From: an uncultured Planctomycetia bacterium
GTDB taxonomy: Bacteria; Planctomycetota; GCA-002687715; DRQF01
Reading direction: 5' to 3'
DNA: 64,000 bases
Assembly (NCBI GenBank): GCA_964559135.1
Contig: CAZLGG010000006.1
Coordinates: 8,247-72,246 of the forward strand
Positions 56,827 to 64,000 of the stretch are shown here, piece after piece. The notes beneath the pieces were generated by a model that made no database searches, was not told the DNA's origin, and saw only the letters and a program-made list of their open reading frames with translations. The position numbers and the translations under genes were made by a program. How positions within the stretch are numbered: position 1 is the stretch's first letter; the number at the start of each line of letters is the position of its first letter.

Positions 56827-59762
56827 TCCCTCGAGGCCAGGTCCAATTCGTCGAGCTTGTCCGCGAGTTCCTCCATGCCGAACGGTTTTCTGAGGATGGC
56901 CACTCCGCTGATTCCGGTCAGCTCGGCCAATTCCTCCGTCGGGTCGTAGCCGGTGACGAACAGGAATGGAATGACGATTCCCGTCTCCACGACGTACCGG
57001 TGGAAATCCAACCCGGTCATGCCCGGCATGGAGACATCCACGATGGCCGCGTCGAAGGGAGCGCTCTTCGCCATGGCCTCCAGCGCTTCTTCTCCGCCGC
57101 TGCAGGCCACGACTTCGCGACCGAGTCTCTTCAACATCTCGAACGTCACGAGTCGGACGGAGTCCTCATCTTCGACGAGAAGAATCCGCTTGAGCCGCCG
57201 TGGTCGCTCCGCTTTCGGCGCCGCCGGAACCGGCGTGATCTCCGACTCACTCGCGAGGGGGAGCTCGACTCGGAAAACGGCCCCTTCTCCCGGCGCGCTC
57301 CTCACGGTGATGCTGCCCTGAAGCTGTGTCACGATGCCGTAGGCGACCGAAAGGCCGAGTCCCGTTCCTTTGCCGACGCCCTTCGTCGTGAAGAAGGGCT
57401 CGAAAATCATTTTCTGAGTCTCTTGATCGATGCCCATGCCATCATCCCGCACCTCGATCATGGCGTGAGGCTGCGTCGTGTCCTTCTTCGCCGCGAGCCT
57501 CGTTTCCAGATGGATGACGCCTTGGCCGCCCGTGGCGTCGACGGCGTTCACGAGGAGGTTCGTCGTGACCTGCATGAGTTGCCCCCTTGGAGCCATGACG
57601 TGCAACGGGTTTTCCGCCGTGCGGCTCCGCAGGACGATGCCGTCCGGGAGGAGACGACGCATGACGTTCGCGGCATCGCGAACGACCTGGTTGAGATCGA
57701 TGGTGCAATGTTCCAAGGGTTGACCCCTGGTGAATGCGAGGAGTTGGCGCGTGAGCCCGGATGCGTTTCGCGCCGTCGAGACGATACTCTCGGCAAGCTC
57801 CCTGGCCTCCGGAGCCACCTGATCGAGCAGTAGTTCGCCGCTGCCCAGGATCGACGTCAAGAGGTTGTTGAAATCATGAGCGATCCCTCCAGCCAGACGG
57901 CCGAGGGCCTCCAGCTTCTGGCTGCGTTGCATGGCCTCCTCCGCAGCGCTGAGGGCCGAGGCGCTCACTTCCCGCTCGAGGATTCCGGCAAGCGTTCCCG
58001 CGACCGACTCGATGAAGACCTCCAGGAGGCGGCCCCGCCGTCTGGGTTCGGTGATCTGGACACGAAGTTCAGCGAGGAGATCCTCACCGCTGCGGATGGG
58101 GACGCAGAGCGACCCGGGCTCGTCCTCGAGGGGCGGGGAATTCTTGGGGACCGTCAGACGCTCCCTCTTCGCCGCATCCCGGGGGAAAAGTGTCAGCGAA
58201 ATCCTTCCCCCTCCAGAAAAAACAGGTGCCGTGCGGATGCATTCGAGAATGTCCACCATGCGGTCCTTGAAGGTCTCCGGCGACACCGAGATGCGCAGGA
58301 TGCGATTCATGAGCTCCTGGATGGACAAGCTGCGCGCGAGCCTTTCTTCGGCTTGCAGTCGCATCAACTCGCCGGCCGCTCGTCGTGCAAAGACATCGAG
58401 GAGTTCCTGGATCAGGATCTCGTCGACCAAGACGTCGTCGTGCAGGATGCAGAGGTGCCCGATGGGGTGGCCCTGCCCATCCACGAGAACACGCCCGGCG
58501 TAAGCATTTGCGTCCAAAAGAACGAGCTCCTTGTCCTCGGGGAATTCCTCCTGAACGTTGGAGCGGACGAGGAATGCGCCTTGGTCGATGGCGGCTTTGC
58601 AGGGCGTGCCCGCCAGCGGATAGGGGTGCCCTGTGAGACTCCTTCCCCGGGAGTAGAAGGCGAGGGGGTGCGCCATGGTGAAGTCACGGCTTATCCGGCA
58701 GACGAGGGCGGAAGACACGCCGAGACTCTTGCAGAGTTGGCGCGTGAGGGCTTCGAAGAAATCGTTTCCCGTTTCCTGAGCGGTCCCGGAGAGGAGGTCC
58801 TTCATGGCCTCTTCGGCCCGGGTGCGAGCTCGGTCGAGGCGGAGTCGGTCGATGGCGGCCGTCGCCTGCGCAACGACAGCGCCCGCGAACTGTAGCCCGG
58901 CCGTGTCCGGGACTCTCGGTCCCTCGGAGGTCAGCGTTCCGAAGCTCATCACTATGAGGCCGCCGTTCCGGGTCCGCGCCGAAACGTGGATCAACGAGAC
59001 CACCTTGAGCCGCTTCGCATAGTCCTTATTCGTCCGTGGGTCCGTGCGGGCGTCCTCGACGACGACGGGAGATCGGCCACTCGCCAAGTCCTGAACGATT
59101 CGGCTGGCCGTGAGCGGGATTTTGCGGATGTCCGAGTTGAGACGAAGGTCGGGATTCACGGACCGGATCGCGATGCGCACGCACTCCGTAGCCTGCGGCG
59201 GAAAATCGAACAAAGAGCAGTGTCCGTAGGAGAGAACCTCGTGGATCTGACGCGCGACCGCGTCCGCCACGGCTTCTTCCGTTTCCGCGCGTTCGAGTTC
59301 CCTGGAGAGCCGAAGAAGCGCCTGGGCATGAATCGTTCGCCGGGCCAATTCGGCTTCCATGTGAGCCTGCTGAGCGTGGTCCCTGACGCTGGCGACGATG
59401 ACCTCACGTCCGGCGACGCGACAGCGTCGGGCCAAGAAAGCGACGGGGCGCAGCGAGCCTCCGCGTTGCCATCCCATGGAGAGGCCGATTCCGCTTGCGA
59501 ACCCACCTTCGATGACGTTGCGAAGGATGCGTTCCGCCAACTCCCTTTCGGCCGGTGGATGAACTTGGGCGATCGGCCGACCGATGAGATCCGCCGCTTC
59601 GCATCCCGCGAGGTCGCAAAACGCCGGATTGCACGTCACGATCTTCCCCGAGTCGCAGTCGATCACCACGATCCCGTCTGGAGCCTCGAGGAAGAGATCC
59701 CGAATGGCGTGTGGATCCAGGTCGTCGAGAGGAAAGTCGGGAAGGGACTCCTTGGGACACAT
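56775..59762 (-). CDS. Hybrid histidine kinase (PAS-GAF-GAF-HisKA-HATPase-REC)
   Basis: AGGIAHDFNNLL, NAVDA, DDGMGI, PFFTTKGVGKGTGLGL, ILLVEDE...VDVSMP...LRKPF. Confidence 0.92.
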   Translation of the reverse strand: MCPKESLPDFPLDDLDPHAIRDLFLEAPDGIVVIDCDSGKIVTCNPAFCDLAGCEAADLIGRPIAQVHPPAERELAERILRNVIEGGFASGIGLSMGWQRGGSLRPVAFLARRCRVAGREVIVASVRDHAQQAHMEAELARRTIHAQALLRLSRELERAETEEAVADAVARQIHEVLSYGHCSLFDFPPQATECVRIAIRSVNPDLRLNSDIRKIPLTASRIVQDLASGRSPVVVEDARTDPRTNKDYAKRLKVVSLIHVSARTRNGGLIVMSFGTLTSEGPRVPDTAGLQFAGAVVAQATAAIDRLRLDRARTRAEEAMKDLLSGTAQETGNDFFEALTRQLCKSLGVSSALVCRISRDFTMAHPLAFYSRGRSLTGHPYPLAGTPCKAAIDQGAFLVRSNVQEEFPEDKELVLLDANAYAGRVLVDGQGHPIGHLCILHDDVLVDEILIQELLDVFARRAAGELMRLQAEERLARSLSIQELMNRILRISVSPETFKDRMVDILECIRTAPVFSGGGRISLTLFPRDAAKRERLTVPKNSPPLEDEPGSLCVPIRSGEDLLAELRVQITEPRRRGRLLEVFIESVAGTLAGILEREVSASALSAAEEAMQRSQKLEALGRLAGGIAHDFNNLLTSILGSGELLLDQVAPEARELAESIVSTARNASGLTRQLLAFTRGQPLEHCTIDLNQVVRDAANVMRRLLPDGIVLRSRTAENPLHVMAPRGQLMQVTTNLLVNAVDATGGQGVIHLETRLAAKKDTTQPHAMIEVRDDGMGIDQETQKMIFEPFFTTKGVGKGTGLGLSVAYGIVTQLQGSITVRSAPGEGAVFRVELPLASESEITPVPAAPKAERPRRLKRILLVEDEDSVRLVTFEMLKRLGREVVACSGGEEALEAMAKSAPFDAAIVDVSMPGMTGLDFHRYVVETGIVIPFLFVTGYDPTEELAELTGISGVAILRKPFGMEELADKLDELDLASRDHPEESQARKTSRISKP

Positions 59763-59768
59763 GATCGG

Positions 59769-59774
59769 ATTATA
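59769..59774 (-). promoter_or_regulatory. Perfect -10 TATAAT 6 nt upstream of the kinase ATG (leaderless-type)
   Basis: Minus strand reads TATAAT-ccgatc-ATG(59762). Confidence 0.5.
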
Positions 59775-59804
59775 GGGCTTCGAACGAGTTCTGCAGTCCC
59801 GGTT

Positions 59805-62138
59805 CTATCGGGCGATGTACGTGCCGCCGCTCAAATCGGCAAGCGCCTTCATGAAGCCCGCATTGTGGCCTCGACCGACGCCAATGGTGTGGATCTGTAC
59901 CCTTTTCAAGCGATTGAGGCGGCGGATCTCCCGGACGATGTCTTGCGGATTCGTCACGCGACCTCGGTTGGGCTGGCCGTCCGAGAGGAAGAAAATCGTG
60001 TCCAGGGCCACCTGGTAGTCCTTGTCCTTGGAGCCGCGTCCGGCCAACTCGAAGGCCTTCACCAGCGGGTCATAGATATTCGTCGCTCCGTTGGCTTCCA
60101 CTTGGGCGACCCAAGCCTTGGCTTCGGCCTTGATGGCGGGAGTCGCTTGGACGAGGCGCTTCTTCCAAAGCTTGTAGTCGCTGGAATAGAAAATGATGTT
60201 GAACCAAGCGCCCTTTGGCAACGAGGTGATCGCTTGGGTCAGCTCCTCCTTCGCCACGTCGATTTTCCTCTTCGACCCACCGGCGTAGTCGGCCGGCTCG
60301 TTCATGCTGCCGCTGACGTCGAGCACGAAGGCCAGCCTCTTGGACCAGGTCTTGATCCCATAGAAGGTCGTCCCCGAGGGGTTCTCTTGGGATGCCTTCT
60401 TGGCCGCTTCTTCCGCCGGAGTGTCGGTGTCGTTCTCACCTTTGAAACTGGAAGCATGGCTCTTCCACCATGCAGCCCAGGCCTGGAAGTCCTCTCCTTT
60501 GCTTTCTCCGACGAGCGCTTCCAGTCGAGCGAGGATCGCTTGGCGGATCTCTGCGGAGCCGGGAGCATCCTTGCGGCTTTGGATCTCGCCCAAGGCGCGG
60601 ATCAAGCTCCTCACTCCCTGTCGATCCTTCCGCTCTGCAAGGGCGCGGACGGCCGCGTCGAGGAGAACCGGTTCGTCGGCGTACTCGAAAAGTGAGACCA
60701 AAGCGCCGGCCGCCGTCGCGGTGCGAACGAAACCCAAGGCTTCGACGGCCGCCAATCGATCCCCCTTCTTCCAGGGTTCGATCGTACTCTTGCGTTTCGC
60801 CCAGGCTGTGAGAAGTTTTTCGGCCCGTTCGCCACCGACTCGACCGATGATGTGGATCAGAAGGCGTCGAGATGGAGCGTCCTTCAAGTCCCCGAGCGGT
60901 TTGATGATGAGCTTCTCGAGGGCGTTTTTCCGAATGTCCTTGTCTCGGCTCGCAAGGGCTCGGCCGATCGCTTCCTCGAGAGCGTCGGTTTCCTGGACCG
61001 CGGCTTCGACGCCGCCCGCGTTCTTACCTCCGGGTTCGACGGGCGCGGCGTCCTCGGGGTCCTTTTGGGTGTCCGCCCGGCGGCGAACGGGGACGCCGAT
61101 GCCCTTTTGCTCGAGCGTCTTGCGGACCGCGAGGAGGAAACCCTCCTTGCCCATGGCCTCCAAACCCTCTCCGCGCTCAGCGGGATTCTCGGAGGCCAAG
61201 CGTTCGAGCATCGTGCGATACGAAGCCTCATTTTCCTTCCACCAGCCGGCCCAGACAGCGGCATTGTCGTGGCGGTTGATGCCGGTCAATGCCTTCAAGG
61301 CCTCCAGCATGTCCCCCTTGAGCCGGCCGGGCTCCTCGCCGAGTTGGCGAATGAGCCTCGGGATGGCATCGAAGTCGCCGAGTTTCCGGAGCGCCTGAGC
61401 CGCCGCGGCGCGGACTTGCCAGTACTCGTCATCCAGAGCCAGCATTGCCGCTCGCGACGCCTGGGGGTCTCCGATATCGGCCAAGGCCTCCAGCGCCAAG
61501 ACACGGTGTTCCGGTCGCGTGCTGGTCGTGACGATTCCCAAAAGGGCGGCGCTCGCCTCCGCCGTGCGCAGATGCCCCAGCATGTCCAGATAGAGTTCCT
61601 GGTCGTGAGGTTTCTTGGCGCGCTCGAAGAGCTTCAACAATCGCTGGGTCTGCTCCAGGCGGGCCTCCGCCGGCATGCGGCCGACGGCGTCCCCGACCGC
61701 GTCGAGGAGGGCTTCCCGGGTTTTCAATTCGAGGCGCCAGGCCTTCTCCTTCGGAGCCATCTTGGCGCTGATCTCGTCCATGGCCTTCATCAGGTTTTCG
61801 ACGGAACCCAAAGAGACAGAACGTTTTCCACCGAAGCGTTTGTCGATCTTGGCCGCGATCTTCTTGCGCTGTTTCCGCAGGGGTTCCAGGCCAGCCTGGA
61901 CCTTCTGGAGCTTCTTGTCCACCACGTGGACGGCTGTCATCAGAGCGTCCATCATCTTCGGGTGGCCGGTCTCGACCAACGCGTCGATGGCGGCTCGCCG
62001 TTTGGCCCACGCGCCTTTCTTGACCGTCTTGACGAGGAGCTGCCGCGCCTTCGAGAAACCGCGCTCGTCCTGGGGAGAAGCGGCCAAGGTGGGGGCGACC
62101 ACGAGAACGAGAGTCGCAAATAGGCAGAGTTTTTTCAT
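59805..62138 (-). CDS. Secreted HEAT-repeat plus von Willebrand factor A domain protein
   Basis: Signal peptide, HEAT repeats (VRAAAAQALRKLG), intact MIDAS (LDVSGSM...T...LSDGQP). Confidence 0.88.
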   Translation of the reverse strand: MKKLCLFATLVLVVAPTLAASPQDERGFSKARQLLVKTVKKGAWAKRRAAIDALVETGHPKMMDALMTAVHVVDKKLQKVQAGLEPLRKQRKKIAAKIDKRFGGKRSVSLGSVENLMKAMDEISAKMAPKEKAWRLELKTREALLDAVGDAVGRMPAEARLEQTQRLLKLFERAKKPHDQELYLDMLGHLRTAEASAALLGIVTTSTRPEHRVLALEALADIGDPQASRAAMLALDDEYWQVRAAAAQALRKLGDFDAIPRLIRQLGEEPGRLKGDMLEALKALTGINRHDNAAVWAGWWKENEASYRTMLERLASENPAERGEGLEAMGKEGFLLAVRKTLEQKGIGVPVRRRADTQKDPEDAAPVEPGGKNAGGVEAAVQETDALEEAIGRALASRDKDIRKNALEKLIIKPLGDLKDAPSRRLLIHIIGRVGGERAEKLLTAWAKRKSTIEPWKKGDRLAAVEALGFVRTATAAGALVSLFEYADEPVLLDAAVRALAERKDRQGVRSLIRALGEIQSRKDAPGSAEIRQAILARLEALVGESKGEDFQAWAAWWKSHASSFKGENDTDTPAEEAAKKASQENPSGTTFYGIKTWSKRLAFVLDVSGSMNEPADYAGGSKRKIDVAKEELTQAITSLPKGAWFNIIFYSSDYKLWKKRLVQATPAIKAEAKAWVAQVEANGATNIYDPLVKAFELAGRGSKDKDYQVALDTIFFLSDGQPNRGRVTNPQDIVREIRRLNRLKRVQIHTIGVGRGHNAGFMKALADLSGGTYIAR

Positions 62139-62270
62139 GAATTCGCCGTCTCTTACGATGGCCGGAGTCCGGTGTGGGTTCCAGAGGATATCACATCGGG
62201 TGGAAGGCGGGTAGAATTGTCTCATTGGGTGGGTCGCGCGGCGGCCGCCCGAGGTCGTTGGAGACCACTC

Positions 62271-62789
62271 ATGGCACGAAGAAAGAGTCGGCGCAGCAGG
62301 TCGTTTTCGAGCCGGTTGAAACGCATCTTGTTGTTCAACTTGGTGCCACTCGTCGGGTTCGGCGCTCTCCTGTGGGGAGTGGCCAGCGACCGAATCGACC
62401 TGGACGCCCTGCCCCGAGGTCTTGATCGCAATCTCATTCACCTGGGCGTCCTGATCGGGCTCCTGTTTCTGACGGTAGGACTGCTATTGCCGTTCAGTCA
62501 CGCCCTCGCCTCCGCGGCGCGCCGTAGGCTGAAGATTTCCCAGGCCATGAGAAGCGAGGCGGGTGTCGTGCGCCTCGTTTGGGAGTCCCTCCTGTGGCTC
62601 CCGCTCACTCTGTTTTACGGAGTGTTCGCCATCATGAGACTCGTGGGCTACATCTTGGCCTTCGGATTGATTGCAGCCTCGTTGCTGCTCATCGCCCGCT
62701 TTTTTCAGCCCGATCTGCTGGAAACCCAGCTCCATCTGAATGACTGGTTCGCTCGCGGGGAGGAGTGGCTGAGGTCGCTCGCTGCCTGA
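62271..62789 (+). CDS. Hypothetical membrane protein
   Basis: Basic N-terminus and about 4 TM segments; TAGAAT upstream. Confidence 0.6.
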   Translation: MARRKSRRSRSFSSRLKRILLFNLVPLVGFGALLWGVASDRIDLDALPRGLDRNLIHLGVLIGLLFLTVGLLLPFSHALASAARRRLKISQAMRSEAGVVRLVWESLLWLPLTLFYGVFAIMRLVGYILAFGLIAASLLLIARFFQPDLLETQLHLNDWFARGEEWLRSLAA

Positions 62790-62792
62790 GGT

Positions 62793-63569
62793 TCAGGGGC
62801 TGCGGCGCATCAGGCGGTGTGCCGCGTAGTCGTAATGGTGCGCAGGGCTCTTGTAGAGCCGCCCCCAGCGCCAACACTTCGCGACGACGGATGTCGGGAC
62901 CCGATTGCCGTCGAGAATCTGCGCGTCGATGTCCTCCACGGTGGTCGCGTCCTTGACGGCCAGGTCTTCCGAGGGGGGCTGGGTCTCGATGTGGCCGTCG
63001 AGGAGGATGTAGCGGCTCCCGTCGTAGAAGAGGACTGAGAATTTCCAGCGCTCGCGGCGAGGGTTTCGCATGGAGAGCCAGTGGACCGAGGGGTAACTGT
63101 CCATGTCGATGGCCACGAGTTCGAGTTCGCCCATCGTCTTGGCGGAGGAATCGACCGACTGGAGGAACTTCCCGACGTCATCCTCGACGACGCTCACCTT
63201 GTCGGTGAGGCGGCTCCGCGTCGCCCCGTCCACGAAGGGGCTCATGAGCGCTTGGTCTCGATCCCCCTCGATCCACGACGTCAGGAAGGTCGCGGCGGCG
63301 CGTTGACGCATCTCGATGGCGAGCTTCTCTTCCCGACGGCGAATCTGGTGAAGGTAGTCGAAAGTCGAAAGAGCCGTCGTCACCATGAGCGTGACGATCA
63401 TGAAGGTCACCGTTCCGCGCGTGAAGAGTCGTAGGCGGCGCTGCAGAAACCGGAGGACCCAGAAGGCGACGATTCCTCCCGCCACGGCCAGGGCCGTCAG
63501 GATGAGGAGTTCCGCCAAGCCGAATGATGACGTGGATTGCATTCCGGTTCCCGTGAGAGAGGCCGCCAT
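62793..63569 (-). CDS. Hypothetical protein with 2 N-terminal TM helices
   Basis: 258-aa ORF, hydrophobic N-terminus, soluble C-domain. Confidence 0.6.
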   Translation of the reverse strand: MAASLTGTGMQSTSSFGLAELLILTALAVAGGIVAFWVLRFLQRRLRLFTRGTVTFMIVTLMVTTALSTFDYLHQIRRREEKLAIEMRQRAAATFLTSWIEGDRDQALMSPFVDGATRSRLTDKVSVVEDDVGKFLQSVDSSAKTMGELELVAIDMDSYPSVHWLSMRNPRRERWKFSVLFYDGSRYILLDGHIETQPPSEDLAVKDATTVEDIDAQILDGNRVPTSVVAKCWRWGRLYKSPAHHYDYAAHRLMRRSP

Positions 63570-63724
63570 GGCCTACCCATGACGACTGGACACTATTCGT
63601 CCATTGTATCCCCCTATTTCTCTTCGACCCCCGGCAGATGTGAACCCTTCGCACAAAACGACTTAGACTTCTCGATGGCGAGGCTGGGAAAGGGCTTTTC
63701 GGCGCCGGGTGCCGACGCGGCTCG

Positions 63725-64000
63725 TCACTTGCGCGCGAGTTCCTTTTCCAGCCAGCCCTCGACGCGGGGCAAGGCGGCCATGACCAGCGTTCCGACACGC
63801 TCGAGAGACCTCGCGGAACAGTGTTCAACCGTGTCCGCGGGCTTGTGCCAGTAGCTGTTGCCCGGCCCGTAGTCGAAGTCGATGAGGTCGATCACTCGGG
63901 GCATCCCGGCCTCCTTGAAGGGGATGTGGTCGTCCTGAATCTCCTTCATGCCGCCGAAGAGGTCGATCCCGAAGACGTCCTTGGCCGTTTGGGTGAACAG
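63725..64000 (-). CDS. M28-family peptidase / glutaminyl-cyclase-like, 3' part only
   Basis: IQDDHIPF..AG, IDLIDFDYG..YWHKPADT..CSARSL; frame open to the window edge. Confidence 0.8.
   Translation of the reverse strand: MFTQTAKDVFGIDLFGGMKEIQDDHIPFKEAGMPRVIDLIDFDYGPGNSYWHKPADTVEHCSARSLERVGTLVMAALPRVEGWLEKELARK

Overview
A GC-rich bacterial chromosome segment, probably Planctomycetota (inferred from gene content, not from a search). It covers the replication-origin region: dnaA-dnaN-dciA(DUF721)-gyrB, parA-parB, a perfect parS palindrome and two clusters of DnaA-box-like sites. It also holds housekeeping genes (mraY, mscL, NAD kinase, cystathionine gamma-lyase/synthase, purM, hemW, pyrF, iscS, fmt, rsmB, argR, scpA, rnd), a complete bacillithiol cluster led by an NmbA-like methyltransferase, a kdsD-kdsC-giant LptC/A-like-lptD-tatA LPS operon, two diguanylate cyclases and two hybrid kinases. 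I saw no IS element, CRISPR array, rRNA or tRNA. The best finding is missed by the ORF track: a lipoprotein at 373-735 with a heavy-metal-associated (HMA) domain in which BOTH cysteine codons of the metal-binding CxxC are TGA (GVT-U-PI-U). Two tandem SECIS-like hairpins follow, and the gene lies downstream of an outer-membrane barrel gene, so it is a candidate double-selenocysteine (UxxU) metal-binding protein. Also notable: a ParA lacking both Walker-A lysines, a probable oriC about 9 kb upstream of dnaA, a 940-aa multi-jellyroll Lpt-bridge candidate, a structured intergenic RNA candidate and several leaderless-type promoters.
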